Shown: piece after piece, positions 29,095 through 41,244 of the stretch
Position numbering within the stretch: the first letter of the stretch is position 1
Layout of the letters: every line of letters starts with the position of its first letter
NCBI GenBank assembly: GCA_965240325.2
Contig: OZ251237.1
Location: forward strand, 62,001-126,000
Direction: 5' to 3'
Length of the DNA: 64,000 nt
From: Rebecca billardiae RCC1528
Lineage: Eukaryota > Protista > Haptophyta
Program-made: the position numbers and the translations under genes
The notes under the pieces: model-generated
The model's input: only the letters and a program-made list of their open reading frames with translations
What the model was told of the DNA's origin: nothing
Databases searched by the model: none

Positions 29095-32000
29095 ATGTCG
29101 TCAGGCTCGCCCGCCGCGGAGGTGGCGGCGATGGCGATCCAGAGCTCGTTCCGCGGCAAGCAGGCGCGGGACATGCGGCCGAAGACGCACCTGCTGCCGC
29201 ACACGCCGTGGACGCCGCCGCCCGGCTTCGAGTGGCACCCCGGACAGCTCGTCGCCGACGAGAGCTGGGCGGTCTGCGACGACCCGCAGACGTTCGGCCT
29301 CAACGTGACGAGAGTCATCTCGCTGCTGCGCGCGTCCGAGCCGATGCTCGAGCCGGACCGGTACGCGCCCACGCGCCTCCTCATCCACGCGTGCTGGCTC
29401 GCCGTGTACGGCCAGAACTCGCCGGTCCGGCTGCTGATGGGGCCGGCGGGCGCAAACGGCGTGCGGCTCAAATCTTTTTTGGACCCCAAGGAGAAGGCGG
29501 CGATCTTCGACGACGTGTACCGCAAGCTCACGGCGGACCCGCACTCGCCGCGCGGCGCGCTGCTCAAGGAGGCCGAGGTCGTCGAGAAGCGCTTCAACTA
29601 CGCCGACGTGACGCGCGCGGGCGCGCACGTCAAGGGCGACCGCGGCGCGCTGCTTGTGCCCTTCATCGTGAGCAAGACGCTGATGGAGTACGTGCACGAG
29701 GTGCCGCGCTTCGTCAAGCTGCCCTCGACGTGGGCCGCCCCGCTCGCGCGGGCGCAGCCGCCCTCCACCGCCGCCGCCGACGAGGCGCGCCGCATCGCCT
29801 CGCAGCCGCTCGGCTCGTACAGCGCCTTCACGCCGCGCGGCGGCTCGGGCCGCGAGGGCGGGCGGCCGAGCGCGTCGTTCGCGGGGGGCGTGGGCGCGCG
29901 CGCGGGGGCGGGCTCGGTGTCGGGGCGCAACCCGTACGGCGTCGACATCCCGCAGCGCGAGCGCGGCGCGCAGGGCCGCCGCGCCGCGTCGCCGCGCGCG
30001 CGGATGCCGAACCGCGCCGCGGCCGACCGCGCCGCCGCCGAGCGCGCGGCCGCGAGCGGGCCGACGGGTCGCTCGCTGATGCTCGCGTCGGGCGTGCGCG
30101 GCACGTTCGTGGGCAGCGGCTCGGGCGCGCTGCGCGCCAGCGGCGGCGAGGCCCCCTCGTACCGCCGCTCGCCGCCGCGCGAGCCGGGCGCGCGCGTCGC
30201 GCCGCCGCCGCGCCCGCCGCCCGCGTCCGCGTCGCCAGAGGCGGTGCTCGATTACTTCCTGCAGGCGCTCTACCACCTGCTGTGGCGCGACTACGCGCGG
30301 ACGAGCGACGTGTTCCGCGCGTGGGACGAGGACGAGGACGGGCTGCTCGGCGTGCGCGAGCTCATCGACGGCGCGCGCAACGTCGGCGTGCCCCTCTCCG
30401 CCGAGCACGAGGCGGCGCTCGGCGACGCGCTCGCGCGCCGAGTGGGCGCGCCGATCACGTACGCGCAGCTGCACGCGGCGCTGTTCAAGCGCTCGGCGGA
30501 GACGGTGGACGCGCTGCGCTTCGGCGGCTCGTGGGAGGAGTGGATGAGCAAGTACGACGGCAAGTACGCGTGGTGCGCGCCGCACCGCGCGCCCAGCCCG
30601 CCGCGGCGCAAGCCGTCGCCGCAGCGCGGCGCAGCGCTCCGCTCGCCGCGCGGCGCGCCGCCGCCCGGCTTTGGCGGCGGCGGCGCGCCCGCCGAGCCGC
30701 GCCGGCTGAGCTTCGACGAGGCGGAGGCGCTGGCGAACGGGCCGCCGCCGCCGCTCGGCGCGCACCGCCCGCCCTCGCTCGAGCTGATGGGCGCGCCCTA
30801 CTCGCCGCGCGCGCAGCCGCCGCCGCGCGGCCGCAGCCCGACGCCGCCGCGGCGCGCGCCCACGCCGCCGCCGTCCGCGCCGCCGCCGCGCCATGGCTCG
30901 CCGCCGCCGATGCCGCCGCCGCGCTTCGCGCCGCCCTCGCCGCGCGGGCCCGCGCCCACGCGGCCCCCGCCGCCCCGCCGCGCGCCCAGCCTGCCCGGCC
31001 TGCTCGTGCTGCGCGCGCGCGTCGAGAGCGGCCAGCTCACGCCGCGCACGTACGACGAGCTGCGCGCGGCGGGCGCGGCCGGCGCGCGGCTCACGCTGCG
31101 GCTGCCGCCGGTGCTCGGCGCGGTGCTCGACGCGTCGCTGCCGCCGCACGTGCGCGCCTCGGCGCGCGGCCCGGCGGGCCTCGCCGCCGCCGCCGGCCTC
31201 GCCGTCGACCTCCCCCTCGGCCTCGAGTCCGCCGACGCGCGCGCCGAGGCGCACGTGCAGCTGCCGGCCGACTCGGCCGCGGCCGAGGAATTGGCCTACG
31301 TACTGCTGGGCGCGCGCGCGCCCACGGCGAGCGCGGACGACCGGTGCATCGACGTGGAGCTGTCCGCGGTGGGCGGCTCGCTCGGCGGCCGGCCCCTCGC
31401 CCGCGCGCGCGTCGACCTCGCCGAGCTCCTCGAGTACGGCGACCTGTCCGGCGCGCGGCTCGCGCTCGCGGCCGGCTCGGGGGAGGCGCCGCGCGGGTAC
31501 GTGCGCGTGTCGACGGCGCTGGCGGCCGAGCTGGGCGCGCTCGAGGCGCGGGCGCGCGACGTGGAGGCGGCGGAGGCGGGGGGCGCGGGCGGCGGCGGCG
31601 GGGTGGACGAGGCCGGCGCCTCGCTCCGCGCGCGCGCCTCGCAGCTCGCCGCGGACGCCGCCGCCGAGGCCGACGCGGCCGCGGCCGCCGAGCTCGCCGC
31701 CGAGCGCGCCGCGCGCGGCCGCGAGCGCGCGCGCGCCGACGCGGCCGAGTGGGCGCGCGGCCGCGGCCGCGAGCGGCGCGCCGCGACGCCGCCGCCGGGC
31801 GCGCGCCGCCGCGCGCCGAGCCCGCCGCCGCGCCGCGCCGCCGAGCCCGCGGACACGTGGCACGCCGCCGGCGCCGCCGGCGCTTACTCGCTCAACTACT
31901 CCGAGCGGCCGCTGAGCGCGCGCGCGGCGCCGCGCGCGCGCTCGGCCTCGCCCGCGCGCCGCGCGCCGCGCGCCGCGCCGCCGCCGGCGCCGGCGTGGGT

Positions 32001-35000
32001 GGCGATGGCGACGGGCGGCGGCGCGGGCGGGCTCGACGCCGGGTGGGGCCACGCCGACGCCGACCCCGGCTGGGGCGCCTCCGCCGACGCGCTCGCGGGC
32101 GAGGTCGTCGCGCACGTGCGGCGCGTGCGTTCGGCCGCGCCCGCGCCGCTGCCTCTCGCAACCTACGTGGTGGTGACGGCGGGCGGCGCGGCGCGGCGCG
32201 CGCTGCCGGCGGAGAGCGGCGGCGCGCGCGGGGGCGGCTCGGCGCCCGAGCTCTCCACCGTCTCGATCCCCGTCTCCGCGCACACCGCCGCGCGCGCCGA
32301 CCTCCTCCTCGAGGCCTTCGGCTGGGAGCCCCACTCCGGCGAGCGGCGCATCGGCGGCGCGGCCGTGCCGGTGTCGACCGTGCGCGAGTGGGGCGAGATC
32401 ACGCGCACGTGGCCGCTGGTGGACGAGCTGGGCGTGCCGGCGGGGGAGGCGCTGGTCGACCTGAGCTGGCGCGCGGCGGGGCCGCCGGGCAGCCCCGGCG
32501 GCGCCCTCCGCGCCACCTGGGCGGCGGGGCACGCCGCCGAACCGTACGGCGGCGCGCCCGCGCCGCGCGCGTTTACGGCGAGCGCGTACACGGCCGGGCC
32601 TCTGAGCCGCTCGCCGCCGCCGCCGCCGCCGCCGCCGGCGCGCGCGGTGCACCACGCGTCTGCCGCGCACGCGGCGGCCGAGTGGTCGCACGGCGGGTAC
32701 GCGTACGCCGCCGCGCGCGGCCGCACCTCGCCCCCCGCCGCGTCCGCCTACCCGCGCCGCGCGCCGCTGCTCGGCCGGCCGCGCCCCGCCGGCTGGGCGG
32801 GCTACTCGGACGCGCGCGCGGTCGAGGCGGACCTGGACTCGCTGATCGCGGAGCTGCGGTGCGCGCGCGGCGTGGCGCCTGCGCGCGGGCGCGGGCGAGT
32901 GGCGCCGTGCGCGTCCCACCACGAAGCTCACCCCCTTCGCCCCCCGCGCCGCCCCATGCGCCGCGCGCCCTGCGCGTGCGCGCGTGCGTGTGCGTGCGCG
33001 TGCGCGTGCGTGCGTGTGCGTGCGTGTGCGTGTGCTGTGCGCGCCGCAGCTCTGGGCACGAGCTCGGCTCCCTCGACACGCACCGCGCGTACGGCGGCGG
33101 GGGCCTCGGCGGCGCAGCCACCCTCGCGGACCTCTCGGCGACGACGGCGACGATCCTCGCGGCCGAGCGCGTCGGCCGCTCGCTCGACAAGCACCGGCAG
33201 CCGCGCGGCGTCTTCTCGGCGATCGGCAGCACGCGCGGCGAGGTGCGCACGCGCGCGCTCGACGCGGCCGCCGCCGGCCCGTCGGACGAGCGGCTGTGCT
33301 CGCTCGAGCTGCACGTGGTGCGCGCGCGCGGGCTGGCGAAGAAGAACCTCCTCGGCGGCTCCGACCCGTACGTCCTCGCGTTCTGCCTCGACGGCCTCGA
33401 CGAGGGCCGCGAGCAGCTGGTGCGCACCGAGGTGGTCAAGGGCACGCTGGAGCCGAGCTGGGCGGAGGGCGCGGCGACGTTCGAGCTGCCCGCGTCGTTT
33501 GGCGGGCTGCACCTCGTCATGTTCGACTGGGCGGCGGCGGGGCGGCACGCGCTCATGGGCGAGGTGGTGCTCGGCGCGGCCGAGACGCTCGAGCTGGCGC
33601 GCTCAGAGCAGGTGGCGCGCGAGGGGCGCTGGTTTCAACTGCAGCAGCCGGCGGGCAGCTCGGATGGCGCGGACGGTGCGCGCGCTCGCGCGCGCGCGCC
33701 GCACCGTCCGCTGCGAGCGAGCGAGCGAGCGAGCGAGCGCCGACCGCGCCCCCTGACCGAGCCCGCGCCCGCGTGTGCTCTGTGCGCCGCGCGCTCCCCT
33801 CTCTGCGCGCCGCAGGCGCCGTGCTGCTGCGGCTGCGCGCGCACGACCTCGCGCCCGGCGTCACGCGCTCCGCGCTGCTCGCCTCGCCCGCCGCGGCCGC
33901 GGTCGAGCTGCGGCCCGAGGTGTCCGCCGAGCTCGAGGCGCACCGCGCGCCGCCCGCGCTGCTCGGCGGCGGCAGCCTGCAGTCCAAGTGGCAGCCGGCG
34001 CCCGCGCCCGCCGGCGAGCCGCCGTTCGCACGGTGCGCCGCGCGCCGCGCGCGCGCGCGCCGGGCGGCGCGCGCGCCGCCGCCGCGTCCGCGCGCACGGC
34101 ACACCCTTGTGTTCACGTTGTGCGCTCGACCCGCGCGCCGCCTCCCTTCCCCCGCTCCCGCCGCCCACCTGGCGCGCCTGCCGACCGCAGGCTGCGCCTC
34201 CGCATCGTCGAGGCGCGCGAGCTCCGCGCGGCCGACGCGCAGGGCAGCTCGGACCCATACTGCCGCGCGTGGCTAGGCAGTTCCTTCTGGCAGACGGCCG
34301 TGCGCCGCTCGACGCTCGCGCCGCGCTGGGACGACGAGCAGGTGTTCGACGTGAGCCGCTCCGACGCGCTGCTGCACGTCGTGCTGTGGGACTGGGACCA
34401 GGTGCGGCCGCGCGCGTGCGCACGCGACGGCCCGCAGCTCGGTGGGCCGCGGGGCGCCGCGCGCCGCGCGCGCTCGCTGACGCCGCGCGCTCGCCCCTGC
34501 TCGATCCCGCCAGATCGGCCGTCACGACTACCTGGGCGAGCTGCTGCTGCCATTCGCGGCGCTGCGCGCGGCCGGGCCGACGGACGGCTGGTGCGCGCGG
34601 CGGATGCGCGGGCTGCGCGGCGGCGGCGCCAGCGCAAGCCTGCGCCACCGCCACGCGCACGCGCACACCGCACACGCGCGCGCGCACGACACACGCGCGC
34701 GCGCACGACACACACGGCGCCCCACTCACGCGGAGCCCTCCCCGCCCGGCGTGCGCGCGCGGCGCTTGCGGCGGCCGCGGCGCGCAGGTACGCGCTCGCC
34801 TCGCACGACCCCAAGCTGCCCGCGCAGGGCGCCGTCCGCCTCGTCACCGAGGCGCTCGGCGCGGACGACGCGCGCGACGTTTTCGCGGGCGCGGGCGGCG
34901 CGGGCGATGTGTTCGCGCGGCGCGACGCGCAGCCGACGCAGCACGTCGCCGCGTCGCTGGGGCTCGAGCCGGAGTACCGCGGCGGCGCGGACGCGGACGA

Positions 35001-35796
35001 CGACGCGCCGCTGCTCTCGGCGCGCGCGCTCCCGCCCGACGCGGCCGAGGAGGCGCGCCGCCACCGCCGCCCCTTCCGCTCCGCCTCCGCAGGACTCACC
35101 ACCGGAACGGGCCTCGAGCTTGAGCGCGCGCTGCACTCGCTGCCGCCCGAGCAGCGGCGCGTGCGCGTGCACGTGCGCGTGGTGGAGGCGCGCGGGCTGA
35201 TGGTCTCGGACATGTCCGGCTCGTCCGACCCGTACTGCGTCGTGTACGCCGGCGCCTCCCACCTGCGCACCCCCGTGCGCAAGCGCACCCTCTCGCCGCA
35301 GTGGGACGCGGACGCGGTGCTGGACGTGCCACTGGACGGCTACCCGCTGGCGGCGCTCGCGCTGCACGTGGTGGTCTTCGACTGGGACCTCGGCTCGAGC
35401 GACGACTTCCTGGGCGAGGCGCTCGTGCCGCTGGAGCGGCTCGAGGCGCTTGCGCCGGGCGAGCCGCTCGACCGCTGGTTCCGGCTGACCAACGCCGACG
35501 GCGGCACGGACGGCGTGAGCGGATCGGTGCGGCTCGAGCTGCGCGCGGTCGTCGACGACTCGGCCGCCGCGCGCGAGCGCCGCTCGCTCCGATCGTCGGT
35601 GGCGAGCTCGCCGCGCGGCGGCGGCGGCGGCGGGGGCGGGAGCCTCGACGAGCGGCTGCGCGGCGCCTACGAGCCGCCCTCGTCCTCGCGCCTCGCGCCG
35701 CCCTCGCCCTCGGCGCTCGGCGGGCGCCGGCGCACCGCGGGCGAGGGCGACGACGAGTACGGGTACGGCGAGGTGTACGATGACAACGCCTACTAA
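29095..35796 (+). CDS. Large multi-domain protein: IQ-like motif, EF-hand, Pro-rich region, several C2 domains (multi-exon)
   Basis: IQSSFRGKQAR; FRAWDEDEDGLLGVREL; C2 motifs GSDPYV, SSDPYC..WDWD, SSDPYC..FDWDLGSSDDFLG. Confidence 0.75.
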
Positions 35797-36481
35797 CTGC
35801 CCAGATTTAACTGCGCTGCAGCAACGCCCTGCTCGGCGGCCAGCCGGGACCAGCGCACCGCCTCTGCGATGTCCTGCGCCACGCCATCGCCTCGTTGGTA
35901 GCACGATGCCAGGCAGCTCTGCGCATCTGCATTGCCCTGCTCGGCCGCCCGCCGGTACCAGCGCGCTGCCTCTGCGATGTCCTGCGCCACGCCATCGCCT
36001 CGTCGGTAGCACGATCCCAGGCAGCCCTGCGCATCTGCATCGCCCTGCTCGGCCGCCAGCCGGTACCAGCGCACCGCCTCTGCGATGTCCTGCGCCACGC
36101 CATCGCCTCGTTGGTAGCACGATGCCAGGCAGCTCTGCGCATCTGCATTGCCCTGCTCGGCCGCCCGCCGGTACCAGCGCGCTGCCTCTGCGATGTCCTG
36201 CGCCACGCCATCGCCTCGTCGGTAGCACGATCCCAGGCAGCCCTGCGCATCTGCATCGCCCTGCTCGGCCGCCAGCCGGTACCAGCGCACCGCCTCGGCC
36301 CAGTCCTGTGGCACTCCCTTGCCTTGTTCGTAGCAGTTGCCCAGGTTGGTCTGCGCACCTGCGTCGCCCTGCTCGGCCGCCAGCCGGAACCAGCGCACAG
36401 CCTCGCCCCAGTCCTGCGGCACGCCCTCGCCTTCTGCGTACCGCACGCCCAGCTCGCATTGCGCAGCTGCATCGCCCAGCT
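35793..36481 (-). pseudogene. Truncated Sel1-repeat gene fragment with a 216-bp internal duplication
   Basis: About 6 Sel1 repeats, cut at AGCT 36478-36481 and ending mid-repeat at the C2-gene stop. 35851-36066 is duplicated at 36067-36282. Confidence 0.75.
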
Positions 36482-36550
36482 CCGCCGGCCCAGTCCTGCG
36501 GCTGCGGTATGACCTCGCCTCGTCCAAGGGAGGTCCGGGCCGGGCGGGGG
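36482..36550. mobile_element. Degenerate mini-foldback element C', flanked by AGCT
   Basis: AGCT|CCGCCGGCCC..AGGGAGGTCCGGGCCGGGCGGGGG|AGCT; its right arm is related to element C at 41152. Confidence 0.5.
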
Positions 36551-36554
36551 AGCT

Positions 36555-39500
36555 CCCCCCCCCAAGAAAGGCTCAGCCCTCGATTTGCGCGCGGGACGCG
36601 CGCCGTCGAAGTCGCGCTTTCGCCGCTTCTGAAAAGCGCCGTGGTACCTCTGCGCGCGCTGCGCGCCAGTGCGCGCACAGTGGCGGCCGCGCGCCGCCGC
36701 GCGGGCCGCAGCCTCGCGGCCACTGGCGCCACCGCGAGGCCGCGCGCTCGGGCGGCGCGGGCTGCCAGCCACGCGTACGAGTTCGCGGCGCGCGCTCGGC
36801 CCGGCTCGCGGCCTGCTCGCCGCCCGTGCGCTCGGCACGCGGCCGGCGCGACCCGGGCGGCGCGGCGCGCGAGGTTGGCGCGCCCGCTCGGCGGGCGCGT
36901 GAGCGAGTCGGGCGCGTTCGGTCGGCAGCGCCTGGGCGAGCGGGTCCGCCACGGGCTGTAGCGAGCCGGGCTTCCTCGCCTCGACGCCCGAGGCGGTGCG
37001 CCGCGCGCGTTCTGTGCCGGTCTGCGGCGGCGCAGCGGCTGCGCTCGCGCACGGACGGCCGCTGGGCTTGGATGGGCGCTCTCGAGCGCGTTTGGCGGCG
37101 GATTCCGCGCGGAGGGCTGGGGCAGGTACGGCAGTCCGCTCTGTCCGCGCCCAGCCCGCCTCGTGACGGAGGCCTTGCCCATCGACCGCTCGCGCGCCTC
37201 GCCGCCGGCGCTCGACCGGAGTCGGGCGTGGGCCGCACGCGCCGCGCGCGCCGCGCGCCCGCCCGGTCGGCCCATGAAGGCAGCGCGGCATCTAGCGGCA
37301 CGCGAGGGCAATGCATTTGCAGCAGCCTACCTTTCAGCTGGCATCTCTGCTCAGCCGGTCGCACTCGTTCCTCGCCTTGCTCAGCGCTCATGCGGGGTCT
37401 GGACCGTCCACTGCTTGCGGCCCTTTGAGGGCGCGAGCTGGCAGCGGTCACAGACATGCGGCGCGTGGCGCGTGCTGCTGTCCGCGCCCAATGGGCCCAC
37501 CACTGTGCTGACCTTGGCGCAGCGCCAGCAGGCGGGGCCGGCAGGGCACAAAGCGCTATTGCCCATTGCAGTGACTGTGCCGAGCCGACTGAGCGCCGGC
37601 AGCGCATGAACACAAGCTGAGCTAGCAGGCCCAGCTAGAGTGTTGGGGAGCGACATAGGCAGTTGATGCAGCCTGGGCCGCCCCAGGGCACCCGCGCCCG
37701 CCCGTCTCACGGCCGTGCTAGGCATACCGTGCCCATGGCTGTGCGCGTGCTGGTCACTCAGCAGTGCTGCACTTAGTCTGCTGCTGTGTGCGCGAGCCCG
37801 CGCGTGTGCCCGCGCGAGCCCGCGCGTGCCCGCGCGTGTGCAGTGCAGACAGCTCTGCCAGACTCGCCAGAGCCCGAGCAGCAGCATGGATGTGGGGAAC
37901 GTACACCTGTTGAGTGGACGATACTGCTCGACACCCGTTGCCATGCGCACCTGGGATCGCCACCCGGCCTGCTGATGTAGCAGTGTCGTTGAACTTGAAT
38001 ACTGCACGACGACCGCGCGATGACGGCTGCGCGTACCCTGATACTGGCTGGGCAGCGGCGATGGTGGTAGAGGCGATGGCGGCGACGACGCTCTGGGATC
38101 GGCTGCGGACTGGGCGGTGATGATGACCGTGATGACGGCGGCGGACTTGGTGGTGACGACGCCGGCGGTGATGGTGGTAGCGATGGTGGTAGTGGGATCT
38201 GCGGTGGGCTCGGCGGCGGAATGGGAGGAGGGGGCGACGGTGGCGGTGATGGCTGCGGGCTCGGTGGCGGGCGTGGCGGCGGCGACGGCAGCGTTCTACG
38301 CGGCGGGCTTAGCGGCGGAGACGGTGGCGGTGATGGTGGCGGGCATGCCGGCGGCGATAGTGGTGGCGACAGCGGTTGGCCGGCCGGTGGGCTGGGTGGC
38401 ACCTGCAGCCAGCCCTTCCTGCAAGCAACGCTGACAGTACAGGCAGCAGTGTCAGTCGGGCATGATTCTCAACCGCTCTCGCTACCTGCAGCGCCGCCTC
38501 GGCGTGCTCTCTCGCACTGCGACGTCCGCGTGTGACACGGAGCACAGCCTCTACCGCCTGACCACCAGCATTTCGCCCCACTGAAGTGCACTCTGGATGG
38601 CACGGCTACACGAGCAGTCACCAATAACGCCTCTGTCTGACAGACGGTCACACAGGCCGGCTAGCGCCCTCAGCGCGCCTCTGCAGCGGCAGCAGATGGC
38701 GAGGTGCTTGCGCTTGGCGATTGAGGCAAGGTTGGCCGGCGCGCACGGTCGGTGGCCCACCGCGATCTCGCCCTCGGGAGGCAGCGCCTGATGGGCCGAG
38801 CAAACTTGCGAGCACACTATGGGCCACGCGAGTGCCTCTGCTCGGCCAGCAGCTGCTGTCCTGGATGCCGAGCCCGAGATGATGTCGGCCAGCATGGTGG
38901 GCTGCCTCGGGCCTGCCTCCGGCACACCGTGATGACGCATGTTCGCTCGGTCATGTGCCTAGCCGCACCGACGTGGGCACGGCATCGGTTGGCGTGTGCA
39001 CCACGGGCTCGGCCGTCGATGTTGTCAGGTACTCGGGTCGCCGCCTCAAGTTGTTAGACTCACCCGACCTTCCGCCTAGACGTGTTGGACGCAGCCACGT
39101 CTGGCGCATACCTGGATGTGTGTGGCATAGCCTCTCGCGCGCCCAGCGATTCCATCAGGCACGGGGCGAGCTGCGTGCAGCCCACAGGCAAAGCGCCGCT
39201 CACGATCGCAACACTTCTGACTTGTGTCCACGGCGTGCACAGCGACACACACGCGCATGCTGGAGCAAGGCGCGCTAAAGGCAACGTCCAGGAAGGCGTG
39301 CGACCAGCCAGCGCACGCGGGAGCCAGGCACAGTGAAGAGCACATCGCATCGCCTTCATGGGCCGACCGGGCGGGCGCGCGGCGCGCGCGGCGCGTGCGG
39401 CCCACGCCCGACTCCGGTCGAGCGCCGGCGGCGAGGCGCGCGAGCGGTCGATGGGCAAGGCCTCCGTCACGAGGCGGGCTGGGCGCGGACAGAGCGGACT

Positions 39501-40078
39501 GCCGTACCTGCCCCAGCCCTCCGCGCGGAATCCGCCGCCAAACGCGCTCGAGAGCGCCCATCCAAGCCCAGCGGCCGTCCGTGCGCGAGCGCAGCCGCTG
39601 CGCCGCCGCAGACCGGCACAGAACGCGCGCGGCGCACCGCCTCGGGCGTCGAGGCGAGGAAGCCCGGCTCGCTACAGCCCGTGGCGGACCCGCTCGCCCA
39701 GGCGCTGCCGACCGAACGCGCCCGACTCGCTCACGCGCCCGCCGAGCGGGCGCGCCAACCTCGCGCGCCGCGCCGCCCGGGTCGCGCCGGCCGCGTGCCG
39801 AGCGCACGGGCGGCGAGCAGGCCGCGAGCCGGGCCGAGCGCGCGCCGCGAACTCGTACGCGCGGCTGGCAGCCCGCGCCGCCCGAGCGCGCGGCCTCGCG
39901 GTGGCGCCAGTGGCCGCGAGGCTGCGGCCCGCGCGGCGGCGCGCGGCCGCCACTGTGCGCGCACTGGCGCGCAGCGCGCGCAGAGGTACCACGGCGCTTT
40001 TCAGAAGCGGCGAAAGCGCGACTTCGACGGCGCGCGTCCCGCGCGCAAATCGAGGGCTGAGCCCTTCTTGGGGGGGGG
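36555..40078. mobile_element. Non-autonomous foldback element A with 727-bp TIRs
   Basis: 36555-37281 is a near-perfect reverse complement of 39352-40078. Termini C9...G9; AGCT on the left, AGAGCT on the right. Confidence 0.85.
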
Positions 40079-40084
40079 AGAGCT

Positions 40085-41147
40085 CCCAGCGAGCGGCCAG
40101 CGCGACGTCACTGCAAAGTTTTCCCTGAGCGCCGGGCGGCGGCGGCGGCGAGGGCGAGTACTCCGCTGGCGGGGCGCGCACGGGGCACAGCGCTGCGGGC
40201 GCGGATGTGCCCGCAGAGCCGGCGCGCGCGGACGGGCTGTTGCGGGAGAGCACTCGGCGCCCTCCTGCGCCGCGCGTCTTGCGCCACGCCTCTTTCGCCT
40301 CGGCTCAGGGCAGCGCGCACATGCGCGCCGCGTCAAGGCCAGCCTTGCCTGCGCCGTAGCCGACCGCGCGTGCGCCGTGCGCGGCGTGGTCGGGAAGGAA
40401 CGAGCGCTGCTGCCGGGCGAGATGGCGACACCATGCGCGCACGCCATGCCGCCCCGTGATGCCGCGAAAGGGCACGGCAATAGATCTGCACAGCTGTTGA
40501 CGAGTGCTGATCACTTGTCGTGCCAAGCCACGGACCTGAGCTCGAAGAAGATGATGAAAGAGCATCAGCGCGAGGAAAGCGTCGCATCCAGCACCTCTAC
40601 TTGACCACACGGTGATGAATATCCATGTAAGAGTAGCCCGCGCGCCCGTCTGGCACTGTTCTGCGTCTCAATGATCGTCCCGACAAGGGTCACGACCGCG
40701 AGGCCGTGCCGACACCATTTGTGACAAGTCAAAGAGGCATGCAAACGGACCGACGACACGCTCGTCAAGGCGTGGCGGGGCGGCATGGCGTGCGCGCACG
40801 GTGTCGCCATCTCGCCCGGCAGCAGCGCTCGTTCCTTCCCGACCACGCCGCGCACGGCGCACGCGCGGTCGGCTGCGGCGCAGGCAAGGCTGGCCTTGAC
40901 GCGGCGCGCATGTGCGCGCTGCCCTGAGCCGAGGCGAAAGAGGCGTGGCGCAAGACGCGCGGCGCAGGAGGGCGCCGAGTGCTCTCCCGCAACAGCCCGT
41001 CCGCGCGCGCCGGCTCTGCGGGCACATCCGCGCCCGCAGCGCTGTGCCCCGTGCGCGCCCCGCCAGCGGAGTACTCGCCCTCGCCGCCGCCGCCGCCCGG
41101 CGCTCAGGGAAAACTTTGCAGTGACGTCGCGCTGGCCGCTCGCTGGG
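40085..41147. mobile_element. Non-autonomous foldback element B with 372-bp TIRs
   Basis: 40085-40456 is a near-perfect reverse complement of 40776-41147; AGCT|CCC...GGG|AGCT. Confidence 0.85.
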
Positions 41148-41151
41148 AGCT

Positions 41152-41193
41152 CCCGGCCCGGACCTCCCTTGGGACTAGGGAGGTCTGGACCGG
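41152..41193. mobile_element. Mini hairpin element C
   Basis: AGCT|CCCGGCCCGGACCTCCCT-tgggact-AGGGAGGTCTGGACCGG|AGCA. Confidence 0.55.
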
Positions 41194-41244
41194 AGCAGTC
41201 ACTCGACGTCAGTCTGAGTGACGACAGTCGCTAAGAATGTGCTA

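Noticed and set aside
29101-35123. Very long Arg/Ala/Gly-rich ORFs (1276 aa, 1971 aa) overlapping the C2 gene
   Set aside because: Mostly stop-poor alternative frames of very GC-rich DNA; only short exon segments are real.
36555-41147. ORFs in the foldback arms as a transposase
   Set aside because: Low-complexity Arg/Ala/Pro translations with no DDE/DDD or other catalytic motifs.
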